Shown in pieces: positions 33,662 through 43,002 of a stretch of DNA of 64,000 nt (positions within the stretch are counted from its first letter, which is position 1; each line of letters begins with the position of its first letter). Below the pieces are notes generated by a model. That model made no database searches and was not told the DNA's origin. It saw only the letters and a list, made by a program, of their open reading frames with translations. This DNA is from Trypanosoma brucei (lineage: Eukaryota). The stretch covers positions 1,344,001-1,408,000 of the forward strand of contig CP000066.1 of NCBI GenBank assembly GCA_000002445.1, read 5' to 3'. The position numbers and the translations under genes were made by a program.

Positions 33662-34720
33662 ATGCCGAGTCCATCTGAAACAATACAGTTAAGTATAGCT
33701 CTTGCCTATCTTATGGCTAGTGCTGTGACGATTGTCTACATGGGCAGCCAGAGACTTCTTAGAGAGACAATCAAAATGAAGAAACGAAGTGGCAACCAAA
33801 GTGAAGTAATGAAAACAGGGGATGCTATGATGATGCCTTTAATGGGGTCAGTCGTGTTGTTCAGCGTGTATGTTATACTGAGATTTGTTCCTAGGGAGTA
33901 TTTCAACTCCATAGTTTCATTCTACCTGAGTATCTTTGGTGTATTCTCTCTTGGCTCATTTGTTAAGACGTACACTCGTCCCAATGTTTTAACTGGCTGC
34001 TTTTGCTGCGTGGCAGGAGGGTTATATTACATAACCGGGAATTGGCTGGTGAATAACATATTAGCCACAGGTATAGCTGTTTCGGCGATCAGTTCGATAC
34101 ATTTGGGTTCTTTTAAGAGCTCTTTTGTTCTTCTCCTGGGCTTATTTTTCTATGATATATTTTGGGTGTTCGGATCTGATGTTATGCTCATGGTCGCAAG
34201 CGGTGTAGATGGACCAATCAAACTGGTTTTCCCAAGGGATATCTTCGGTGGTTGTAAGTCGATGAGCCTTTTGGGTCTTGGTGACCTTATCATTCCGGGG
34301 TTCTTTATCGGCCAGACACTGGTATTTTCCTCTCAGTATGTAAAGAAGGGCAGTCTTTACTTCAATGTTGCCCTCACTGCATATGGTTTGAGTTTAGTGA
34401 ACACGATGGCGGTAATGGTGATATTTGATCACGGTCAGCCAGCGCTTCTTTTTATTGTTCCTTGGCTTCTAGTTTCCTTTTCCATTACTGCCGTTATTCA
34501 AGGCGATTACAAGGCTGCATGGGAATATACATCCGATGCCGTGACGGAGCCGGACAACTCATCGACTGATAAGGTGAAGTCTGAAGAGGGGGATCAACGG
34601 GACGCAGGGGACGAGATGGGGCTGGGCGACTTTTTAGTGAAGCAAATGAAGGGACTTTTTGTCTGGGACGGCGAAGAAGAAGAGGAGGAGGTATGTGAGG
34701 GAACAAAAAAGAATGACTAG
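33662..34720 (+). CDS. Signal peptide peptidase (presenilin-type intramembrane aspartyl protease, GxGD family).
   Basis: Multi-TM protein with catalytic YD (LGLFFYDIFWVFGS), GLGD (LLGLGDLIIPG) and PAL (QPALLFIVP) motifs, plus an acidic C-terminal tail. Confidence 0.9.
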   Translation: MPSPSETIQLSIALAYLMASAVTIVYMGSQRLLRETIKMKKRSGNQSEVMKTGDAMMMPLMGSVVLFSVYVILRFVPREYFNSIVSFYLSIFGVFSLGSFVKTYTRPNVLTGCFCCVAGGLYYITGNWLVNNILATGIAVSAISSIHLGSFKSSFVLLLGLFFYDIFWVFGSDVMLMVASGVDGPIKLVFPRDIFGGCKSMSLLGLGDLIIPGFFIGQTLVFSSQYVKKGSLYFNVALTAYGLSLVNTMAVMVIFDHGQPALLFIVPWLLVSFSITAVIQGDYKAAWEYTSDAVTEPDNSSTDKVKSEEGDQRDAGDEMGLGDFLVKQMKGLFVWDGEEEEEEVCEGTKKND

Positions 34721-35130
34721 AAGATATGTATTGTTCCCTTTTCACTTCTCTTGCATCAGGAAAGTCGTTCTAGAATCAATGAGACCACTTCGGTTTCATT
34801 CACTTAGCAGCCACAGAGGCGCGGTTGGAAACCTCTTTGATAGTTTGCAATCATTAAGTTGCTTATACACCACACCCCGACTTCTGTATGTTTGTGGGTG
34901 TGTACACGGAACCACTGCAGCCCTCATTTTCTTGAACCAGTTGAAATACTCTATTTGAAAGCATTCATTTTTCCTGTTTTTGTTTTACTGCTTAGCAGAG
35001 AAAAAAGGGGGAATTCTATAAGAAGGGGTCACGATCGGAAAGTTTTTAAAAGGTGTCTTAACAAAAGTAGCAGATTATCGGGGTGTTGCGGCGGTTAGTC
35101 ATTGAAGAACGGACGCATTTTTCCCCCCCG

Positions 35131-35438
35131 ATGTTGGCAGCAACGGGGTTCCGTCTCCATACCTCAAGCTCATCAAAAATAACGAAACAGTCCAAGGCAG
35201 GGTATACCTCACGCAGCCCGGGAAGGACTTCGTCACGTGTATCACGGATTTAATCTTTTCTTCTTGAATACGCGTCTGGCTTGGAAATACCTCCCGGCAG
35301 CTCAATGCAGGAGTTGCCTTAACTCGGCGGGAGCGGTTACTTCTGGAAAGCGCAACTAAAGATCTTCTTCGACTCGTCCCCTTTAGTTTCTTCATCCTCG
35401 TTCCGTTTGCCGAGCTCCTGCTACCTGTTGCACTGAAG
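35131..35438 (+). other. LETM1: Conserved LETM1 N-terminal coding segment lying in shifted reading frames relative to the downstream LETM1 ORF. No in-frame ATG is available.
   Basis: Frame 2 (35183-35297) encodes AAREGLRHVYHGFNLFFLNTRLAWKYL, matching human LETM1 [29 protein letters not shown]. Frame 0 (35268-35438, bounded by TGA at 35265) encodes LNAGVALTRRERLLLESATKDLLRLVPFSFFILVPFAELLLPVALK, matching [41 protein letters not shown] and continuing directly into the 35439 ORF. Frame 1 has ATG 35131, MLAATGFRLHTSSSS..., a presequence-like peptide. Deleting one C at agCCCGGgaag (~35217) and one C at ctCCCGGcag (~35297) restores a single ~481-aa ORF. Confidence 0.55.
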
Positions 35439-36575
35439 ATGTTTCCGGACCTGATTCCCTCAACATTTGAGAGTGAAAATCAGGGACGCAACAAGGCCTT
35501 TACGACTCTTATGGGAACGGTGCGTGCCCGACGCCGGTTGGCGGAATACCTGTCGTCCACTGCTTTTGTAAGCTTTACGAAAGAACAACAAGAAGTGGTG
35601 CGTTTCTCGGCAATGGGGGAGGCGGTGACCGCGAACCAGATACGTTTAATTGCACCTCATTTTGGTCGGGAAGGGCCGTTTAATGTCTACCAGATCCCCA
35701 ATGGTATTGCAGTAGCTCTGGCAAGGACTGTGGGAGTATACAAAGCATACCATGGTCTTGTTCCTAACAAAATTATGGCTCCTTACATGCGTCGTAAGAT
35801 CTTGCGGCAGTATCATAAAACCCGCGAGGATGACCGTATGCTACGTTTGGAGGGGCTTGACGATTTAACGGATGAGGAGCTGATAAAGGCGAACCTTGTT
35901 CGGGGTATGCGCTGGACAGAGGATGCGGAGACACTACGTATCCAACTTGAATGGTGGATATCTCTAGGACGTGACCCGGATGTCCCTTACAACACCCTTT
36001 TCTGGGTCAAGCCTACCCGATACAGCTTGAAAGAGTCAATGAAACGCTTGCCTGTGGAACAGCGCCGGCAGCTATTGGGCATTCAACATCTTCCCGAGAG
36101 CATTCGTGGAAATCTCGAGACACTCTGCGAAACGGTCGACACAGCTCCATCCATGAGTGAGGGTAAACCTGAGGACGCTGATCAGCTAGTGGAGAAACTT
36201 GCAGAGTTAAATGCTAAAACGAAAATCAGTGATAAGGATATTGCAATTCAGAATATTCAAATATCGCTGGGCGCTTATCTAACGGAACCAAATGTGAAAC
36301 GTATGTTTGAAGACATTCGCAAAAGTAAAACAGTGAACGAATATATAACAGTTACGGATGTCATAGATTTCATTGGAAGTGAAACCCATAATTCTTCCCA
36401 TGTAGTTTCTACTGTGTTTGATGCGTTCGATCAGAGTAGCGGAGTGAAGGCAATTACCGAATCTACACTCATATCTATCGGGGCCCGCTGCAGGGAGGCG
36501 TCAAAGGCACATGTCGACGTATCGTCTCAGTCTTCCCCAGGCAAACAGCCTTCAGAGGTGATTGCAAAAAATTAG
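35439..36575 (+). CDS. LETM1: LETM1-like mitochondrial inner-membrane protein (K+/H+ exchange; LETM1 ribosome-binding domain). This is the ORF as it stands from the first in-frame ATG; the true N-terminus is probably upstream (see the 35131-35438 segment).
   Basis: MFPDLIPSTFESENQ matches LFPNMLPSTFETQS of LETM1 immediately after the TM helix. Downstream are LETM1-domain helices and a long acidic/coiled C-terminus. 378 aa from this ATG. Confidence 0.8.
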   Translation: MFPDLIPSTFESENQGRNKAFTTLMGTVRARRRLAEYLSSTAFVSFTKEQQEVVRFSAMGEAVTANQIRLIAPHFGREGPFNVYQIPNGIAVALARTVGVYKAYHGLVPNKIMAPYMRRKILRQYHKTREDDRMLRLEGLDDLTDEELIKANLVRGMRWTEDAETLRIQLEWWISLGRDPDVPYNTLFWVKPTRYSLKESMKRLPVEQRRQLLGIQHLPESIRGNLETLCETVDTAPSMSEGKPEDADQLVEKLAELNAKTKISDKDIAIQNIQISLGAYLTEPNVKRMFEDIRKSKTVNEYITVTDVIDFIGSETHNSSHVVSTVFDAFDQSSGVKAITESTLISIGARCREASKAHVDVSSQSSPGKQPSEVIAKN

Positions 36576-38458
36576 GTTGTACCGGTGTTTTTTCCCCGTA
36601 TCATCACCAACGTTTACCGACTGTTCGCCATGGAGGAAGCACCATGACTGTAGGTTCATCGAGGGGGGGGGGTAGCAACCCCGAAGAACATATACATTAC
36701 TTCCGCCTTGTGCTCAGGGACATTGAACTACCATTTGCTCCAGTGAACGATGTTTCATGACAAAGACTGGTGCGAAATTGGTATGTATTACGTTTATGTA
36801 TGTGCGGATTAATGTTTTGGCTCCCGTTTTCTCTGTTCAGGGCTGCGGCGTTACTAGCGCGATTAAAGAACGTTGGGTGGGGAGGGGGTATAAGGCATGT
36901 TTACCCTTGTACCCGGGTGTAGCACAAATTTATGCGGCAGCAGGGAAGTATATGAACATAACTGTAGGGGTCCTGCGCGAAGAGCGGGTGACGTGCAATT
37001 ATATCATAGATCTGAAACTTGAATGAAAGCATTCTACTTCGTTTTTAAATTCCCCCTTTCTACAACTTTGAGGAAAGATATACATCAAGTGATCCATGTA
37101 GCCGCACATGAAACCCAGTTCGACTGGCTGTTGTTACCGTGCATTCGATATTGGGAAGAGGACGGCACCCCTTCCCGCTATTTCACCCACGGGTGCGCTG
37201 CGAACGTTAAACGCTTCAACGACGTCGGGTTTCTTTCGACAGTTTGGTGTCGCTGGTAATGGAGTGCAGAGTTTTCCGAAGCAAGCTCAAGAAAGGGCAT
37301 GTTCCCACCCGACTGCTAAATTTCTTTCAGGCAAATATAAGCGGTGGATACACCCGGTGGATTTCGAGTCTTTGAACGAACCCACCCTGTCAATTTGATT
37401 GTGATGAGTTATGTGATATTTTTCTATCATGTTTTGGCGCGTCATAATGACATAGTCACTTCTTTGTGTTTTACCCGAGTCGGAGGCGCCACTTAATACT
37501 ATGTAGGTGAGTTTTTGGTGGGATTCGGCTCAGCAGTTGCACTATTGTGACTCCGTTGATACACAGCGTGTCGAAGGCATGCACCTTATTTCGATAACCA
37601 CATCAATGAAAAGCGTTGTGTTTCATGCGAACTTTGGTGTTTCACACATTCTACTTTACCTCTTTTCATACTGGAGCGGTAGTTGGGATCATGTTTACGA
37701 CGGTATCTTTTTAAAAATATATATATATATATATATATACCATCTGTTAACCCAGTTATCTGTTTTTCGTTGTTTGTGGCGTCGGTTTTGTTGTTAAAGG
37801 CACATTTTAGCGCCATCATTACCTATTAGTGCCCCGATTTGTTGTCGTTGTTATCACTGGAAGTTTCTTTGTACTGTAGCCACTCGTTACCGTGAGTGGT
37901 TGAATCGTTTTTCGACTGGTCAACTATTTTGACTTGAAGGACCCGTCGTATCCTCTGGCATGTGGTGTTCGTGGTTGATACAAACGTGTTTGTGCGTGGT
38001 TTGCTGGGGTTTCGACTGCAGCGCTTGTGTTATTTGGCAGTGACCACAAGTACAAACTGTCTGTCGCACAAACCACCTAGCTAGCAAAAAATTTTGCCAC
38101 ATGCACGTCTTGAATAAACGGACGTGGCGACGTTCATGCTAATTTCATCGGTTACGTTGCTTGGGGGAAGTGCTGTAGCATTATTCGCGATAGGGGAGGG
38201 ATTTTTTTTTTTGGAGTGTTTATTTGTTTCTTCCCTTTAATGGTGCAGAGGAATGGGCTTGATACAGCTCGGGGATGTCGCTGTACTTTGATCGGGGGAA
38301 ACGACTAAAGGGTATCTGTGAAGATGTTTTTGTTGGTGGGGAGATGCTTAGAGGTGAGTTATCTACATGGAAGTGGGTCTGCATTGCCGCTGCCTGCATT
38401 CCCTTATTTTGAACGGTAGTCGCTCAACGATGCTTCTTCCCACATATTTTGAGAGCGA

Positions 38459-39085
38459 ATGAGAGAAACTGCTATTATGAACAACAGATTAGTACTACCT
38501 GCTTCAGCTTCCACAGATGCAGAGAACGGCAGTGTACACGTTCGTGGCGGCACCCGGTGCTGCGGGCCCTGTTGTCACTCAGACCAAAAGCGAGGACGGT
38601 CAGTGTGGACGAAGCCCACGTTAGAAGCAGACGACACTGCTGACAGCGACGCGTGTGAAGATGTCGTGAAGCGCAGTGAGCGGCTCTTGGAACTCTTGCG
38701 CGTGCGCAAGATTCAGTGTGATTCAGCTGTTGATACTTCTAGCATGATTTATGATGTGGAAGCAGAGATGTCACCATTGGCTGCTTCTGGCACGCGGATG
38801 TGTAGGGCCGTTTTTTCCCAATCCTCTGCTCTTGTGCCTTTGTCCTCCATCGCTGGGGATAAGGATCTCGTGGAGTTTGATGTATCTGGGGAAGAGAAAA
38901 CTAACCCGGTGCCGGTGAGCTCTCGTTCGCTACTGAAAGTTGCTATTACTTGTACGGACGCAGAGACACAAACACTTCCCGCTCCGGTGGGCTATCGGGT
39001 GGAAAACCCAATAATGACAAAACCTGATTGGTTCGTTCTTCGGTTATGTGAATTGGACGCTTTACTTCACATATTTTTTTCCTGA
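38459..39085 (+). CDS. Hypothetical protein.
   Basis: 208-aa ORF on the PTU-consistent strand with an ATG start, preceded by a long T-rich spacer. No recognisable motifs. Confidence 0.35.
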   Translation: MRETAIMNNRLVLPASASTDAENGSVHVRGGTRCCGPCCHSDQKRGRSVWTKPTLEADDTADSDACEDVVKRSERLLELLRVRKIQCDSAVDTSSMIYDVEAEMSPLAASGTRMCRAVFSQSSALVPLSSIAGDKDLVEFDVSGEEKTNPVPVSSRSLLKVAITCTDAETQTLPAPVGYRVENPIMTKPDWFVLRLCELDALLHIFFS

Positions 39086-39311
39086 GATTGTTTATTCGTT
39101 TATTTGATTCTTTTTTTTTTCCCGCACCACGTCTATTTTTATACTTTTTGCAGATGGGACTGCATGTTTTCCCCTCCTGACTGCTCGGCTCAGTGTTGCC
39201 CATCTTCCTCCGCCGTGGTTGCCGGTTTCCCAGTAGTTGCGTTCGTGAGGTGATCCTATTTCTCTGACCCCTCCGGCTGCTTTATAGAATAAGAAGCTAA
39301 GTAATCAAAAA

Positions 39312-41561
39312 ATGACCTCACTCGTCCTAAATCACTATTCGCAGGAGGAAGTCAGCCGACTTTTCAATCTTTCGTCTCCACGAGACCTATTTCACCAGCG
39401 CACGCCGGCGCTGGCCGACGGAGACGTGAAACAGAAGGTGGAGGAGATACGCTCTTACGTGCATAGCACTATGGAACTGTATGAGAGGGTTTTTGAATGC
39501 CTCTCGTCGGAGGAAGCGTTTTTCGTTCAACCGATCCACAAGCTTCGCCACCCCTTAATTTTTTACTACGGCCACACTGCCTGCTTCTACATAAATAAGT
39601 TGTGCGCCGCTGGACTCTCCATGCGAATTCGCCCACACCTTGAGGAGGCGTTTGCAGTTGGTGTGGATGAGATGAGCTGGGATGATCTTAACGAAGAGCA
39701 CTATAACTGGCCAACAGTGGAGGAAGTTGTAGAGTACCGCCGTGCTGTCCGTAAGCACGTGGATGGCATGATGACAAGTGGCAAATTTGAACTGACCCTT
39801 CCCTTGACATTTGCTGGAAGCACAGAGAACGCTGACAGTTCATTTTGGTGGTTAATGTTGATGTGTGCTGAGCACGAGCGCATCCACGTCGAAACCGCCT
39901 CCGTTCACGTGCGAGAACTTCCCATGCGTTATGTGAGGCCGTCTATGGATCAGTTCTGGAAGCCGTGTGGGGAGGCAGGTTGCGAAGCCCCGGCAAACGA
40001 GCTGGTGGATGTAGCCGGGGGACGGGTAGCCGTCGGACGTGCGCCTAACTCTGAGCTATACGGTTGGGATTGCGACTACTCTGACGGAAATTATGTGCTT
40101 AATGTTGCACCGTTCAAGGCGAGTAAGTACTTAGTGTCTAACGCGGAGTTCTTTACCTTTGTTGTTGCAGGTGGTTACGCTACGCAACGCTACTGGGATG
40201 AGGAAGGGTGGAACTGGGTCCAGTGGAGGAAACCTGAGTGTCCCTGGTTCTGGGTTCGCGATGAGAACCGACCCAAGGGTTATGCGCTTCGACTTCAAAC
40301 GACGCTTATTGACTTGCCGTGGAGCTGGCCATGTGAGATTAACAATCTTGAGGCTCGGGCGTTTTGTAACTTTAAAAGTGAGCAAACTGGGAAGAAAATT
40401 CGTATGCCTACAGAAGCTGAATGGCTGATTCTTTGGGACCGGTACGTCGGCAAAGATCAAATGTTGTGGGATGTAGCGCCGGGGAATGTTAACATGGAAC
40501 ACTTCCAAAGTAGTTGCCCTGTCGATAAGTTTGCTCACGGTCCATTTTTCGATATAGTTGGAAACGTGTGGCAGCACTGTGAAACACCAGTATACCCGTA
40601 TCCTGGTTACCAGGTGCATCCATTCTACGATGATTTTTCTATGCCTACCTTTGATGGTCGCCATGCGTGTATGAAAGGCGGGGCATGGGTTAGTACGGGG
40701 AACGAGGCTACACGCGATGCTCGCTTCGCCTTTCGCCGCCATTTCTTCCAATACATCGGACTTCGATACGTGGAAGGTGAACCGGTGCAAGAGGGGTTTC
40801 TCAACTTGAATTCGTTGGGGCTTGATCCCATGGTGGATGCCATTACGGATGCCAACTACCGTCCTTCGTTTAATGACATCCCTAATGGTTTCGTACAGAT
40901 AGCAGAATTTGTTATGAACCAGTTCAGGTGTTGTGCTAGGACAGGGCCGAAGCGTGCCCTTGATTTTGCGTGTGGGGCTGGACGGATAGCATTTGAGCTG
41001 ACGTCAATGTTTGATCAAGTGGTTGGGTCGGATTTTTCTGCCCGATTGCTCATTCCCGCCTACGCTATCAGTGAGCGCGGAAGCTACACATATAGTATTG
41101 TGAACTCTTCTACGTCGAGACGTGTAGAACAAACCTTCAAGTCGCTGGGGTACCCGTGGGATGCAACCCGAGGGCGCGCTGTTTTTTTTCAAGCAGATCC
41201 TACGAACCTACACTCCCACATGAAAGATTTCTCGTTGATCTTGTGCTGGAACACGCTGGATAGGAGCTACAACCCCACCGCTGTTCCGTCGCATATGGTT
41301 GACAGGCTTGTGGTGGGTGGTTTGATTGTCTTCGGGCTTGATGGAGTGACTGATGAAGTCAACGAAGGAAAGAGGGAGCAGGGGGGTGAGGAAACACCCA
41401 AGCAGGTCGTCTTCTCAGAAAACGAGATCTATCATCTGTTGGGCGGAGAAAACGTGGTGGACCGCGTCGGAGACCCAACACAACTGACGGTTGCGTTTCC
41501 TGCGTCAGACTCTACAGCAACTTTCAGAAAAGTTCGGCTGTCCGTCTACCGAAAGAAATAA
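39312..41561 (+). CDS. ovoA: 5-histidylcysteine sulfoxide synthase OvoA (ovothiol biosynthesis). It combines a DinB-like iron-binding domain, an FGE-sulfatase domain and a C-terminal SAM-dependent methyltransferase domain.
   Basis: The N-terminal DinB_2-like domain carries the iron-binding HX3HXE motif (CAEHERIHVE). The FGE-sulfatase domain has RMPTEAEWL and GNVWQHCET (compare GNVWEW). The C-terminal class I methyltransferase motif I is LDFACGAGRIAFEL. This three-domain order is diagnostic of OvoA rather than fungal Egt1, which has the reverse order. Trypanosomatids are known ovothiol producers. Confidence 0.85.
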   Translation: MTSLVLNHYSQEEVSRLFNLSSPRDLFHQRTPALADGDVKQKVEEIRSYVHSTMELYERVFECLSSEEAFFVQPIHKLRHPLIFYYGHTACFYINKLCAAGLSMRIRPHLEEAFAVGVDEMSWDDLNEEHYNWPTVEEVVEYRRAVRKHVDGMMTSGKFELTLPLTFAGSTENADSSFWWLMLMCAEHERIHVETASVHVRELPMRYVRPSMDQFWKPCGEAGCEAPANELVDVAGGRVAVGRAPNSELYGWDCDYSDGNYVLNVAPFKASKYLVSNAEFFTFVVAGGYATQRYWDEEGWNWVQWRKPECPWFWVRDENRPKGYALRLQTTLIDLPWSWPCEINNLEARAFCNFKSEQTGKKIRMPTEAEWLILWDRYVGKDQMLWDVAPGNVNMEHFQSSCPVDKFAHGPFFDIVGNVWQHCETPVYPYPGYQVHPFYDDFSMPTFDGRHACMKGGAWVSTGNEATRDARFAFRRHFFQYIGLRYVEGEPVQEGFLNLNSLGLDPMVDAITDANYRPSFNDIPNGFVQIAEFVMNQFRCCARTGPKRALDFACGAGRIAFELTSMFDQVVGSDFSARLLIPAYAISERGSYTYSIVNSSTSRRVEQTFKSLGYPWDATRGRAVFFQADPTNLHSHMKDFSLILCWNTLDRSYNPTAVPSHMVDRLVVGGLIVFGLDGVTDEVNEGKREQGGEETPKQVVFSENEIYHLLGGENVVDRVGDPTQLTVAFPASDSTATFRKVRLSVYRKK

Positions 41562-43002
41562 GTGATGGACAAAGCTCTACCTCCTCTCCAGTTTGTATGA
41601 AGTCACAGTCGCGCCTCGAGTCTTCTTCCAATGAGGCTTTAACATGATGGTAGGGCGTTTAGTTTTTCGGTTATTTTCCATAATTTTCTTTCTTATTTGG
41701 TTTTTCGGCTTAACAAAAGGCCGGTTTCCGGCCCTCCCCACCGCGGGCGCTTTGCTACGGGCCACCGTCTATGCACTGGCCCGCCTCATAGCATTTGAAT
41801 ACGTACATATACTTGTATTCGAATAGTTTGTGCAGCTCTAATGAAAAAAGTATGTTTTCAGGGTTTATGAGATATACCATTTGTGTTTAATTTTTTGTAC
41901 CCTCGTATTCACATTGTTTACTCATTTATCAAAAGAGGAAGTGGTAGCGTGGAGGCAGGTAAACGCCGCCGGCTACGAGCGAACGGGTGTCGGGAAACGA
42001 CGATGTGTTAGCGATTTCGTTTGGGATACCATAATTGAGGAGAGAGATCGTTGGCATTCGGTGATGGAAGAGGGATGCATTCTGCTAGTTTTGTCAGTGA
42101 AGTAAAATGGACTGTGCCCACTTTTTTTTTCTTCGTATTGCTAAGCGGCGAGAAATGTGCATGATATCCCCGCCTCAGTGCCCTGACTACCCCTCCCACT
42201 CATGGCGGTTGTTGAGTTGTTTTGATGGTCCCTATGGGTCGTTTCTTTGTGTTCTCAGGTGCTTCCGCTTGAGCGTGTGTCCGTTATTCAGAACATATTG
42301 AGGGCCAACTTATGTAAGGCACTTGTGTAACTATGGGATTGGAGGTGTGGCTTTGTTGTGGTAGGGTCGAAGTTCAGCGTATTGTGGCAGATCAACCCCA
42401 TTTCCTGTTTGCTCGCGTCAGGAGGACACTGTTTCTTTTTTTTTTTTAAAGGCACAAGGGAATACGCCTGGGTTAGTGCGCTGCATTTGACCTTATATCC
42501 GGTTCCTATTGATGAGGCTGGCTTCGTTTTGGCGGCGGTATATTCAACCAAGCGCGATCCTTGAATCGACTATGCCCTCCACTACGCTATGTCGGCTTAC
42601 TGACTTTAGGATCCACCTCGTTGACCTCTGTCCTTTTACTTGGGGTGTTTAAACTGGGTTCGGGCTCTGTGGGTGCTCGTCAGCGACCGTCGTTTACATC
42701 GGACATCTTTAATTATTTTTATTCCATAATCCGTTTGTGTTTTTGTACCCCTCACTCCAATATACGAGGGTGTAAGGGCCTGAGAGTTATGTGCATGTGG
42801 GAGGAACTCTTCGTATTAATGCAGTTTCTTGTTTTTTGTTTGCATACGCCAGCCGAGTACCACGCACCTTCTCGTTTCCCATATGTGTGTGTATCTCCTT
42901 CCGTAGGTCTGCGCGCTGTTTGTCTTCTTTTACGGTCATTTGTCATTATTTCGTTAATTTCTTTTGCCCCTTGTAGATACGCGGTGCGGCCAGTAAGTTG
43001 GG

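Noticed and set aside
40131-40790. 219-aa minus-strand ORF inside ovoA
   Set aside because: It is antisense to a high-confidence CDS within a plus-strand PTU. It has no motif support.
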